A DNA stretch of 63,338 nt, counting the filler, from Octopus bimaculoides (Eukaryota): the NCBI RefSeq assembly GCF_001194135.2. It is 6 parts of 6 records of this genome, joined end to end, with 100 filler letters (N's around TTAATTAATTAA, not from the genome) between each part and the next. Parts side by side here need not be neighbours in the genome. Positions count along the whole stretch, not along the records: positions 1 to 15,338 come from NC_068982.1; 5 more parts are not named here. One strand, 5' to 3'. Each line of letters starts with the position of its first letter. The first letter of the stretch is position 1. The position numbers and the translations under genes are program-made. The notes beneath the pieces were generated by a model, which ran no database searches, was not told where the DNA came from, and saw only the letters and a program-made list of their open reading frames with translations. Positions 1-11,834 of this stretch are shown here, in pieces.

Positions 1-394
1 ATATATATATATATATATAGGCAATTATGCTGATAAATAAATTAGATATATTAAGTATAATAGTTTGGATATGAAATACAAAATATGTATATATGTGTAC
101 ATGCAAAACGAGAGAAAACAGAATGTGGAAACTTCTAGACGATGAATATTTAAGTATAGCTATATCGATATTTATATTGATAGGTCCAACTCACACAGAG
201 TACAAACGACAGAGAAGATTAAAGGGATAGAAGAATGATGTTATAAGTCCAACAGCTGTTTCTGGGGGTTCGGAGATCCATAATGATGTTGGTAGATTTA
301 GTTCACAATATGCAGCCATATGGATGCAATTAACATAGGATGAAACGAGCCCCCTTCTTATCAGGGTAGAGATCTTACATTTCAGGTCTTTATG

Positions 395-1406
395 CAGAGA
401 AGTGAACTCCTACATGATCTTCTATACGTATATCACTGCATAGCTCTCCCGTCTTTCCTCTACGGGAGTAGAGTCGTAGCTCTTTCGGTTCTCCTTGTAG
501 CTCAGCTGTTCCAGTGTAGGACCACTGAACTGTCTCAAGTTCGGCCATTAATTTGACACCGTCAGATGACCACAGCTGAGAGCAGTAATCCATAAGGCTG
601 AATGCAACTGTCCTCCAAAGGACCGGTATAGTTTCCTGGTCCTTTGTTTTAAACGTTCTCCGAATCCATCCGGCCATTCACCTGCACATTGCTACCGTCT
701 TCGTGACATGTACGTAAAACGAGGCGTTGTTGCTCATATCAACCCCCAGATCAAGCATTGTACGTAACGCTAGGACTGTGGCTTCTTTTGGCCCAAAGTA
801 TCGTTTTTTGTGGCATGTGAGCACTAGCTAGCTGATAGCGGAGGGCTTGAAATTTACCTTCATTAAATTGCGTGTTGTTTTCTTCAACTCTATAGATGGC
901 ATCTAGGTCTTTCTGTAGATGAGCATCGGAAGGTCCATTGACTGCTTGTGCCACTTTTGTGTCGTCAACATAGCTAGTAAGTGTGGCTGTCTGTGTAACT
1001 GATGAAATGTCTGACAGAGCCACCATAAACAGCAGCGATCCTGGTACAGTCCCCCGAGGCACTCCACTCTCTATCACTGTCTCCTTGGAGAGGGCTCCAT
1101 TGGCTACCACAGCCTGGCGTCTCTCTTTTAAGAAGTCATGTAACCACTCCCCCAGTTTTCCGACTATGCTTGGGTCTTCGTAGCTTGCGACATATCATTC
1201 TATGATCAACGCTATCAACGGCATTAGCAAAATCAAGATGTATCCCATCCACGTTTGAGCGATTCATTAGTTGTTTCAATACTCAGAAATGTTGTAAAAG
1301 CTGTGTAAGACAGTTTCTTGGTGTCAGGGATTAAGTCATTATCATCCAGGAACACGAGCAGTTTCCTCCTAACAATGCGTTCCATGCTTTTGCTGATATG
1401 GAAGGT

Positions 1407-1437
<31 letters not shown>

Positions 1438-1980
1438 TCTATAATTTTTAGCATCAGCTCTGTTAACTCCCTTATTGATAGGGCATATTATGCCTTCCTT
1501 TAACTTTCTGGGAAGCCTCCCAGTTGCGAGAAGCTCTAGTAGAGGATATGTAGTGGTCTTGCATGAGCCCCTTTGCATTTCTTTAGGAGGGTTGCTGGGA
1601 ATCTATCAGGGCCTGTGGCTGAGTTTGAGCTCATTTCATCAATGACTGATATTACATCGGTTTCCTCTATTTTGATGTTATCAATAATTGCCATCTCTTT
1701 GAGTAAAGCTGTGGCACTGAAGATCTCACCAGGCAGAACTACTTGCAAGTGTCTTAGCGGAGTTGTGAAAACATTCCTGTATTGCGAATCCTTATTTTAC
1801 TGATCATCTTGGGTCTGCTGTTTCTGAGCCATTTTCTTCGAACAGTGGCCATATCTTGTACCGTACTGAAGCAGACACTTTTGCGGTTCTTTCGCTGATC
1901 TTTTCTTGTCATGAGAGTGTTTGAGTTCATTTTCGATCTCGAGAAATGTTTGTCTGAGATAGGATCCTTTGCTATCTTTT
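395..1980 (-). mobile_element. Decayed CR1/L2-like LINE, reverse transcriptase region
   Basis: Frameshifted minus-strand pieces read TGPDRFPATLLKKCK, ESGVPRGTVPGSLLF (SGVPQG motif), SYVDDTK (YADD-like) and AGWIRRTFKTKD...DYCSQLWS...ELETVQ (post-RT region). A (GA)n tract interrupts it at about 1407-1431. Confidence 0.9.
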
Positions 1981-2026
1981 AGTGGCCCATTTAAACGATG
2001 TGATATGTCCTAATCCAGTAGGCCGT

Positions 2027-2333
2027 GTGAAGGCGCTTGGCCTAGTGGTTATGATATTGCATTCACGATCGTTAGACCGAGGGTTCGATTCCAAAACCGG
2101 CTGTGCGTTGTGTTATTTAGCAAAACACTTCATTTCATGTTGCCCCAGCCCACTCGGCTGTAAAGGGGTAACGTCCTGTGACGGGGGTATAGCCTTCCGA
2201 TGAGGGAGAAATGTTGGCCTGCTCACCAACACAGCAGGGTGGAAACATTCAAAAGCAAAAACGATGCAAAGCGCATTGTGACGAGCGATGTATAACACCA
2301 TCCGATAGTCTGGTCGATCACGTGATTACATGA
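2027..2333 (+). mobile_element. tRNA-derived SINE, family A
   Basis: A-box TGGCCTAGTGG (2038) and B-box GGTTCGATTCC (2082), then GCGTTGTGTTATTTAGCAAAACACTTCATTTC, which recurs at about 36230 and 46820. Confidence 0.8.
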
Positions 2334-2721
2334 TATATATATATATATATATATANNNNNNNNNNNNNNNNNNNNNNNNNNNNNNNNNNNNNNNNNNNNN
2401 NNNNNNNNNNNNNNNNNNNNNNNNNNNNNNNNNNNNNNNNNNNNNNNNNNNNNNNNNNNNNNNNNNNNNNNNNNNNNNNNNNNNNNNNNNNNNNNNNNNN
2501 NNNNNNNNNNNNNNNNNNNNNNNNNNNNNNNNNNNNNNNNNNNNNNNNNNNNNNNNNNNNNNNNNNNNNNNNNNNNNNNNNNNNNNNNNNNNNNNNNNNN
2601 NNNNNNNNNNNNNNNNNNNNNNNNNNNNNNNNNNNNNNNNNNNNNNNNNNNNNNNNNNNNNNNNNNNNNNNNNNNNNNNNNNNNNNNNNNNNNNNNTATA
2701 TATATATATATATATGCATAT

Positions 2722-2900
2722 ACATATATGAAGAAAAAGGGAGTAGTCAGGATTGGATTTGGGTTAAAGATGATTTATTACACGCTTTCATCTCTTTTCA
2801 GAGATTCATCACGATTCATTCAAAAGAGATGAAAGTGCGAAATAAAGCATTTTTTATCCAAAACCAAAACCCAGGCAACCTGCTTTTTTCTTGATATATG
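2722..2900. repeat. Fold-back (imperfect palindromic) element, MITE-like
   Basis: The left arm ...GATTTGGGTTAAAGATGATTTATTACACGCTTTCATCTCTTTT pairs with the right arm AAAAGAGATGAAAGTGCGAAATAAAGCATTTTTTATCCAAAACC...; arms are about 75 bp around a short loop. Confidence 0.7.
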
Positions 2901-3369
2901 AAAACTGTAGACCACTTCAAACAATCTATACATTCTTTTATTCTTTTATTCTCTTATACATACATGATGTCTACAAACTCGTGTTCGTGTATTGCCATCG
3001 CCTGATCTAAAGTCCCACACATGCGAAGGCTACGATCAGCCATTTTTGTGATAGGTCGTACTTTTTTTTCAAGCGATGCATATGCATGATGATTTCTTGT
3101 AGTGGGGAAGCATTTGCACAGATCCAATCCCCACTTTCTGAACACGGACAACATAAACTCGTAAAGAAGAACATCTTCGAATATTGTCAGTGTCGCAGGT
3201 TTTCTCTCAGAGTCTTCCTCTCCTAGAGGAACGTTGTGACAACAACAGACAGGCCTCCCACTCCGAGTGGGCTAACCGCGCGCCTGGACACCAACCCAGG
3301 TATTTCCACGTCCCTTCGCATACATACATGCATACATACCCATGTACACATATTGTTGAATGGCCGTTG

Positions 3370-3550
3370 GTTGCTCATGAGCTCTGCCACTCTTTGACAG
3401 GTCTTATTGTTTGTCCTGCAGGGTGTCCAACAATCACCCTCCTCACCAAGCTAGCTTGATGGCGTTGCCAGTTTAGTCGCTGACGACCCGACCATGCAAT
3501 AGGTTATTCTGGGTTACATGTTACCAGTAGCGCTCAAAAGTGATCTGACA
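3370..3550 (-). mobile_element. Possible LINE 5' UTR remnant
   Basis: A GC-richer non-coding block (CACCAAGCTAGCTTGATGGCGTTGCCAGTTTAGTCGCTGACGACCCGACCATGCAA) that resembles recalled cephalopod RTE 5' ends. Not verified. Confidence 0.3.
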
Positions 3551-3559
3551 TACATACAT

Positions 3560-4472
3560 ATCAGGTTATTAATAATGAAATGACAGCTTTTCTTATGCAC
3601 AAAGTTTGACAGTCGTTAACTCTAATGTTTTATCTTGACAGTTGTTTGTTTTACAACTTTGAAGAGTTACATCATCACTTTTCAAAATGCAATTCACGGT
3701 GTCTGATTATATTGTGAGTTTTCTCTTGTAAATTAATTTTTGTGAACCCATGGATAGATAAGAAATTTGTGTTGTTTATGAATATGAATTCTGTCGTAGA
3801 ATCATTGCATCCCAGACAGCACAAAAAAAAAATGAGGTGTTTGGTGAAGATATGGCGAATGAGCGCACTGTACATCGATGGTTTGAGAAGTTCCGGTCTG
3901 GTGACTTTACTCTTGGAAAATCAGCCCCGTGGTAGACCCGAGACCAAGGTGGATAATGCGGAGCTGGAAACTGTAGTGGAAGCGAATACATCTCAAACTA
4001 CGTGTGACTTAGCAGCAAGGTTTTGTATTGAACCATCTGAAACAAATCGGCAAGGTAAAGAAGCTGGACAAGTGGGTACCACAGGAATTGAACGAGCATC
4101 AAATGACAAACGTCCTGAAACTTGGTGTCCTTTGCTGTCACGGCATAAAAGCGAACCATTTTTGCATCGTATTGTTACGTGTGATGAAAAATGAATTCTT
4201 TTCAATAATAGCGAGTGTTCTGCACAGTAGTTGGATAGAGACGAAATGCCAAAACACAATCCAAAATAGAATAATCACCAAACAAAAAGCTAATGGTGTC
4301 TGTTTGGTGGTCCAGCACTGGTGTCATCCACTACTGATTCATGAGACCTGGTAAGTCAATTACAGCGGATGTATACATCAACCAATTGGATGAAATGATG
4401 AGTGAACTTGCAATTAAACAACAGAGGTTGGTCAATATAGACAGGCCAATTCTCTTGCAAGACAATGCTCGA
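3560..4472 (+). mobile_element. Degenerate mariner (DD34D) transposase pseudogene, truncated by a gap
   Basis: Shifting frames give FEKFRSGDFTL, KVKKLDKWVPQEL (WVPHEL motif), FLHRIVTCDEK, MRPGKSITADVYINQLDEM and PILLQDNAR. Confidence 0.92.
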
Positions 4473-4843
4473 NNNNNNNNNNNNNNNNNNNNNNNNNNNN
4501 NNNNNNNNNNNNNNNNNNNNNNNNNNNNNNNNNNNNNNNNNNNNNNNNNNNNNNNNNNNNNNNNNNNNNNNNNNNNNNNNNNNNNNNNNNNNNNNNNNNN
4601 NNNNNNNNNNNNNNNNNNNNNNNNNNNNNNNNNNNNNNNNNNNNNNNNNNNNNNNNNNNNNNNNNNNNNNNNNNNNNNNNNNNNNNNNNNNNNNNNNNNN
4701 NNNNNNNNNNNNNNNNNNNNNNNNNNNNNNNNNNNNNNNNNNNNNNNNNNNNNNNNNNNNNNNNNNNNNNNNNNNNNNNNNNNNNNNNNNNNNNNNNNNN
4801 NNNNNNNNNNNNNNNNNNNNNNNNNNNNNNNNNNNNNNNNNNN

Positions 4844-4882
<39 letters not shown>

Positions 4883-5469
4883 TACATACATAAATACATA
4901 CATTTACACATACATATGTATCAATATATATATATATATTTATGTATGTGTGTATGTATGACATTGTCTAGCATTGTTTAGAGACCATCCTTTATTGAAT
5001 TAAAATGCCTTCGGTCCTGTCCTTATCCTCCCTGAGATTATTTCAGCATCCATATCTCGGCACATATTCAATCTGTGTCATCTCCTCGATTTCTTCGCTT
5101 TCCGTAGTATTCACCCGTGTGCTACGTCTTCCGACCGCATATATTTTGTTTTCATGTGGTTCATTTTAAGACCTGCTGTTAGGAATATCCTTAAAACGCT
5201 ACTATAAGCACGGAATAATGGTGGAATAGATTTGCACCGATTTAGTAATCAGTCTGTTCAGATTCTTAAACTTAACTTATGAATCAGGATAAGACCTCAA
5301 ATACAGCATTCGCACTCACTAATGTTTACGCGTTCTTTCTGACAAATGTATTTTGCGTTCAGAGCCTAAAGTTATTCTCAGGCTCGAAGCAAGTTAATAA
5401 TATTTTTGCACTTTTGCTCATTGGCTGTGTATAATTATTGCCGAATCATTATATACACCTGTTTGCATA

Positions 5470-5810
5470 TGCGACGTTATTTTAGTTTTGCCAAATCTTT
5501 CAGCTACATTAAGACAATTATAACTACGCTCACCAACCACATATGGAAACTGAAGGAGAAGAACGTTGATGGTGACATTAGACGGAAGAGCTTTGAACGA
5601 GGGCTGCCATACGTAGACTGTGTCCGTCGGAAAAATACCTTATACATTACATTAAGTGCGCAAGATCATATTTTCCACATGCGCGCACCGCTGAATTCAC
5701 TCTTAACTTTGCTGTTATACGTAATTCTATTACTCCTTGCGATCACACAAACGAGTCTGTCGATTCAAGATCCGCACGAAGAGCCATACCGAAAGATGCC
5801 CGACGAATAA
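5470..5810 (+). mobile_element. Penelope-like element fragment (GIY-YIG endonuclease C-terminal part)
   Basis: TTLTNHIWKLKEKNVDGDIRRKSFERGLPY parallels the Penelope-like segment at 42650-42800 (ATKLAIHV.GLKWNATPHTIK.KIVEKSTPY). Confidence 0.65.
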
Positions 5811-5839
5811 AAACTTGGATGCTTTATTTTTGCTGAAAA

Positions 5840-6229
5840 GTGTGTGGTAAGTAGCTTGCTGACCAACCACATGGTTCCGGGTTCAGTCCCACTGCGTGGC
5901 ACCTTGGGCAGGTGTCTTCTGCTATAGCCTCGGGCCGACCAAAGCCTTGTCAGTGGATTTGGTAGACGGAAACTGAAAGAAGCCCGTCGTATATATGTAT
6001 GTGTGTGTATATGTTTGTGTGTCGGCGTTTTTTCTCCAACCATCACTTGACAACCGATGCTGGTGTGTTTAGGTCCCCGTAACTTAGCGGTTCGGCAAAA
6101 GAGATCGGTAGAATGAGTACTAGGCTTACAAAGAATAAGTCCTGGGGTCGATTTGCTCGACTAAAGGCGCTGCTCCAGCATGGCCACAGTCAAATGACTG
6201 AAACAAGTAAAAGAGTAAAAAGAGAGAGT
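5840..6229 (+). mobile_element. tRNA-derived SINE, family B, near full length
   Basis: Head GGTAAGTAGCTTGC...GGTTCAGTCCC, then GGCACCTTGGGCAGGTGTCTTC, GGTAGACGGAAACTGAAAGAAGCCCGTCG, an internal TA/TG spacer, and a 3' module ending GACTGAAACAAGTAAAAGAG. Several copies occur in the window. Confidence 0.88.
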
Positions 6230-6444
6230 ATACACTTGGTTTATGTGAAACCTATGTCGCATATTTGTATTTGTCACGTATCATATATAAGGATGTATTT
6301 AAATCCACCCTCAATACCGTGTCCTCTCTGATACAGATATAAATACAGAGGAAATATTCCGAAATAGACATTATTCTCTACTTTACTGTTTTGTTTCGTT
6401 TTGAACAATAAAAGAATTTCTTATGGTTTATATTTGATTATATT

Positions 6445-6640
6445 TTGAATTACATGCATAGGTGGGTAGCAGGATCTTTTGAGTGCTTGGGGGTCTCTAT
6501 GGGTCTTAAACCGGCCCCGTTGATAGTTGTATGATAGATAAGGCAAATAAGGATATGGAAACAGGTAAAGTCCCTGGGTCCGTGAAGAATTAATGCTGAC
6601 ATGCTTAAAGTATCTTTCGGCGTAGGATGCGGCTTTAGAT
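6445..6640 (+). mobile_element. RTE-like LINE fragment
   Basis: IDKANKDMETGKVPGS...INADMLKVSFGVG resembles the pre-RT 'KAPGPSGITAEMLK' segment of RTE elements. Confidence 0.6.
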
Positions 6641-6697
6641 GGAAATAACAGATGTCTAGCATTGTTTAGAGCGCATCCTTTAATAATATCTGGATAC

Positions 6698-6698
<1 letters not shown>

Positions 6699-6768
<70 letters not shown>
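6699..6768. repeat. (GT)n microsatellite
   Basis: Pure GT dinucleotide run. Confidence 0.98.
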
Positions 6769-6769
<1 letters not shown>

Positions 6770-7119
6770 TTTCTGGAACGTCACTCACCTGAGGTGGTTT
6801 TAATTTCAATTGCTTTAAGTGTGATATATACACGGGTGAAAGGTTGAAAAGAGAGAAAGAAACAATCATAGCCATTTACAGGATGATTTAATTCCTTGTG
6901 GCAAATCAATGTTTTCACAATGAATAAGAAATAATATAATTGATATATTGAATAATTAATATCAATAGATTTAGTCATGGTTGTTACTGCTTACCTTGTC
7001 TACCAAGATGACATGTCTCATATATAGAGATACTTAGACATTTTTACTCAAAATTACACCACGCGCTCTGACACACATGCCTATAGGTAAATGGATACTC
7101 TGGCATGGAGACAAATGGA

Positions 7120-7203
7120 GGAATGATAAATAGATTAACAAACACACAGACAGGTTGATAGGTAAATAAACAGAGAGACAGACAGAGAGACAGAGATATA
7201 GAC

Positions 7204-7278
<75 letters not shown>

Positions 7279-7389
7279 CGGATAGATAGATATAGACTGA
7301 TAGATAGATAGATAGATAGATAGATAAATAGAGAGATAAATGGATGGATTCATAGACAGACAGATGGATGGATAGGTAAATAGATAGTT
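7120..7389. repeat. Compound (GACA)n/(GATA)n microsatellite
   Basis: Tetranucleotide arrays visible directly. Confidence 0.95.
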
Positions 7390-7706
7390 CAGGGGCTCCC
7401 AACCCTTTTTCTTTTATCTATGGACCCCTTTGATTACTATTTTATTCTGGTGGACCCCTAGAACCATTCGATGTTTAACACTACTTTTCACTCATTAGCT
7501 TGTGTAGGTTGAACGATATAAAACAAGAGAGAGAGAAACCAAGTTGTTTCTTGCAATATATACTAATGCATACATCCAAAGCAAGTTTTTTTCAGGGGCC
7601 CTCGAAATGCTATTGCAGATCTCCAATTTACTATATTATTGTGTGAACCCGCCAAAAGCTTATATGGACCCTCAGGAGCCATATAGACCCCAGTTGAGGA
7701 CTCCTG
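7390..7706. mobile_element. hAT (Charlie-like) MITE
   Basis: Termini CAGGGGCTCCCAACCC and CAGTTGAGGACTCCTG form an imperfect TIR of the CAGGGGTCCCCAAC type. The 8-bp flanks AGATAGTT and AGGTAGGT match at 6/8. Confidence 0.7.
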
Positions 7707-7825
7707 AGGTAGGTAAATAGCTCGGGAGAAAAACAAATTGACAGCTATTTAGCTAAATAACCAGGCAGACGGATAGAGAGCGATGCAGAGGGATGGCTCG
7801 ATAGATAGGTAAAGAGACAGGCATG

Positions 7826-7951
<126 letters not shown>

Positions 7952-8548
7952 TAGATTGGGACAGAGATGGATAGACTGATAAACAGATAAAGTGATAGAG
8001 AAATAGGGAGATAAATGGATAGAATGATAGGTAAATAGATAAATATTGAGAAAGATACATAGAAAGATAGATAAACAGACAAAGTGATATAATTTTAGAT
8101 AGATAACAGGTCAGACAGGGAGACAGAAGGGCCAGACAGATAAGATTTAATTAATATGGTAGTCAAGGCAGGAATCTTGAAGACATAAATGAGTTGGGAG
8201 AGAGAGGGAGAGAGAGAGAGAGATAAATACAGAAACAGAGACAAAGAGAGAGGGAGGAAGAAAGAAAAAGAGTGAGAGAGGAGTTGAGATAATAAATAAA
8301 CTGTTTTAGTTCGGGTGTTCAATATTTGTAGAAGATTAGTGTAAAAGTGACAAACTTCATCTGAATAATGTGGCAAAAGGGTTGTGCTATCTTATTAATT
8401 GTGTTTAATATTAATTGTTTTACTGCATACAGAACTTCGTGCATATGCACACATGACACATGCACACATGCACACATGACACACACATGTACACACACAC
8501 GAATACACACACACACACGCACACACCTGGTACTTAGGTATAAACATA

Positions 8549-8655
8549 TATCACTGCGTGGCACCTTGAGTAAATGTCTTCTACTATTGCCCCAGACTGG
8601 CCAAATCCTTGTGTGTGGATCTGACGGACAGAAACTGAAAGCCCATCGTGTATAT
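8549..8655 (+). mobile_element. SINE family B, partial
   Basis: CACTGCGTGGCACCTTGAGTAAATGTCTTCTACTATTGCC...GAAACTGAAAGCCCATCG matches the copy at 5890-5990. Confidence 0.75.
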
Positions 8656-9131
8656 GCATGTGTATATATATATATATATNNNNNNNNNNNNNNNNNNNNN
8701 NNNNNNNNNNNNNNNNNNNNNNNNNNNNNNNNNNNNNNNNNNNNNNNNNNNNNNNNNNNNNNNNNNNNNNNNNNNNNNNNNNNNNNNNNNNNNNNNNNNN
8801 NNNNNNNNNNNNNNNNNNNNNNNNNNNNNNNNNNNNNNNNNNNNNNNNNNNNNNNNNNNNNNNNNNNNNNNNNNNNNNNNNNNNNNNNNNNNNNNNNNNN
8901 NNNNNNNNNNNNNNNNNNNNNNNNNNNNNNNNNNNNNNNNNNNNNNNNNNNNNNNNNNNNNNNNNNNNNNNNNNNNNNNNNNNNNNNNNNNNNNNNNNNN
9001 NNNNNNNNNNNNNNNNNNNNNNNNNNNNNNNNNNNNNNNNNNNNNNNNNNNNNNNNNNNNNNNNNNNNNNNNNNNNNNNNNNNNNNNNNNNNNNNNNNNN
9101 NNNNNNNNNNNNNNNNNNNNNNNNNNNNNNN

Positions 9132-10058
9132 CTGGATCGGTTGAGGTAAAGTAATTGTGCATCAAACGTTATGTCAGTTATGGTTAGATGAGGCTTTACA
9201 TCACTGATACTAGCCAGATCAACCGCATTAGCGTTACTGAAGACAGAGCAGTATTGTCTCTGCAGCAACTCGCGCATGGATTTTGCATCATCATGTAGAG
9301 TGTTGTTCTCATCAACCAAAGGACCAACAGTGGGAACAGCGTCATTATGTGTTTTTCGCAAATGAAAAGAACACTTTGGGATCGAGTTTTATTTCCTCAA
9401 TGGCCCAATTCTCCTCAGCTGCTCTTTGTTAATGATGGTCATCATGCTTTTTTGGAGGTTCTGTTTTATTTTTATTCGAGTGATGCAATGGCAGGCGATT
9501 GGGTGCGTTGCTGCTGGCAGTATTTAAGTTGGTTGATTTTCTGATAATTACTCTTCTTTTTCTAGGGATTCTGCACTTAGATGTGTACACTGACCTTAAT
9601 GGAGTATGTTTATCTACAATTGTCTGCCATGATGTATTTATGTTTATGTTGGTGTGGTCGTGTGTGGCATGAAAGCCCAATCCACTTGTGAAAGATCATG
9701 ATTCATCGCATCTCAGTCTGAGTTAGGAAGATGCATAGTATCAAATGGACGGACTGGAGAGATGTCCCTGGATTTGATCTTTGGGTGGTAGAATATCAGA
9801 TCACAGAGAACCATGTCAAGGTCTGAGAGTAGTGGTGTTTTTTCCACTGCAATATTGAGGATAGTGTCAGTGTGGTCACTGAACACTAGATCCAAGGTGT
9901 TTTTGTGACACCTTGTTGGTTCACGAACAAGTTGGGTCAGGAAAAACTCTCATGAAATCAAAAAGCAATTCGATTGCTTCTTTATCAGGGGTTGAGGTGG
10001 AAAAAACCTTGTTTCAAGCTGTTTGTGGACAATCAACACTGGGAAGGTTGATGTCCCC
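9132..10058 (-). mobile_element. Decayed CR1/L2-like LINE, endonuclease C-terminus and linker
   Basis: EFFLTQLVREPTRCHKNTLDLVFSDH (APE domain end), followed by VGPLVDENNTLHDDAKSMRELLQRQYCSVFS. Confidence 0.85.
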
Positions 10059-10102
<44 letters not shown>

Positions 10103-10157
10103 GCATATATATATATGTATATATATGTATATATGTATGTGTATATATGTATATATA

Positions 10158-10800
10158 TAGGGTGTTCAATTTACAAGTTGACTCAATTATATTTATTAAT
10201 AGTTATAAAGAATGTGCAATATTATGGACAAGCCTACTTTTATTAAAATGCTCATTTAAAAGTTACCTGGTTACAAAAGGTGTTGAAATTGTTGGCCGCT
10301 ACGTTGTAGACATAAGTCAACACGACAACGTTTGTTCTGGAACCCATTAATCAATACTTCACCTGTGATAGTTTGGACAATATCAGTAATATCCGTACAC
10401 AATTCACCAAGTGTATGCGGATTCTTTGCAAACACAGCGTCTTTGATATAACCGAATAAAAAGAAATCGAGAAGCCTTTCGTGATCAACCTGAGTTCAAA
10501 AGTTTGTCGTAAGTGAAACAAAGTGTGGTTGCTCACATGTCTCATTGCTGAGTCCTGTTGAAGCCATACGTTACTCTTTTCATTCTCAGTTTGCTGCTCA
10601 ACAAACTGATCAATTATCTCACAGTAACGTTCCGAATTCAAGGTTTCTTGGGGAAAAAAACGGTCCTACTATTCTTCGCCTGCTGAAGCCATCTATACAC
10701 CAATCTTCACTGCATGTAAGGGTAATTCGACAACCTCGTGAGGATTGAGAGCACTCCAGATGCGAGTGTTTTGCGAATTTAGGTATCCCGATTGGTGAAT
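10158..10800 (-). mobile_element. Tc1/mariner-superfamily (maT/DD37D-like) transposase 3' part
   Basis: GFSRRRIVGPFF, MNSERYCEII, VWLQQDSAMRHVS and RLITKG on the minus strand; TAGGGTGTTCAA terminus at about 10158. Confidence 0.7.
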
Positions 10801-10849
10801 CATCACTGAAGAAGGTCATGTCAATCAGAGAGAGCGAACCTGAGCCAAT

Positions 10850-11485
10850 CATAATGGTCATATTGGCGATATGAGGGCGGGCGTTGTCGTGCAGCAGATG
10901 AACTCCATGCTACCAATTTGGTCTTTTCTCTTGAATAGCCGTGTTAAGTCGTTCCATCTGTTGAACACAGAGTTCGGCGTTGACCGTTTGGTTCCGTTCA
11001 AGCAATTCGTAATGGATAATCCCTTCCAAGTCCCACCATAAGCACAACATCGTTTTACACGGATGAAGATCTTGTTTCACGTGTGGTGTCGCTTGTTTAC
11101 CGGGGCTGCTTCATGTTGATGTACAGGCACCATTTTTCGTCGCCAGTAACAATTCTTTAAAGAAATTGTTGCTTGTGTCCATAAGTTGAGCGGTGACGAG
11201 CAAGCAAACCAGCGGAAATTGTGACTCATTGATTTTTGTTGCTGTCACTTAAAGCATGCGGAACCCATGCTCCATACTTCTGAACCTTTCCCATCGAGTA
11301 AAAATGCTTCTCTATAGCAGTGTGGGAGCATTCCATTTTCTCTGCCAGTTCCCTTGTCGTTTGATGGGAATTTTCGTGCAAAAGTTGGTTTAATCACTCT
11401 TCATCGAACTCAACTGGATGGCTGGAACGAGGTCCGCCTTTGAGGTCAAAATTTCCATTCACGAGCGGTTCATTCAGCTATGGCA
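10850..11485 (-). mobile_element. Mariner transposase fragment
   Basis: QTTRELAEKMECSHTAIEKH, GKVQKYGAWVPHAL, IVTGDEKW, LCLWWDLEGIIHYELL and HLLHDNARPH. Confidence 0.9.
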
Positions 11486-11771
11486 CCCTCTCCATACACA
11501 GCACTCGAATTCCCTAACAAGAGCCCCTCACATTTCTTATGCTAGCCTGCAGGGGTCGATCTGAGCACCCTAATTTTTTCACAGTGAACATACCAGCTGC
11601 CTCGGACACTCGGTGAAGAGCACCCTCGGAGGAAACGTGCGGGCCGAGACGACCGGGAAGGGAACGAGCTACCGCAACACAGACGTACATTTTATATAAA
11701 GATGCATACATTCATAAATGCATACGTACATACATACATTACTAAATTCATACAAACAGACGTACATGCAT

Positions 11772-11818
<47 letters not shown>

Positions 11819-11834
11819 TAGTACGTGCATACAT

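Noticed and set aside
2027-2100. tRNA-like A/B boxes here and at other SINE heads
   Set aside because: No cloverleaf could be supported, and each continues into a SINE body, so these are not tRNA genes.
4965-6683. About 30-bp direct repeat TGTCTAGCATTGTTTAGAG..CATCCTTTA at 4965 and 6653
   Set aside because: It is too short for LTRs, the interval holds unrelated fragments, and no PBS or PPT was seen; likely two pieces of a dispersed repeat.
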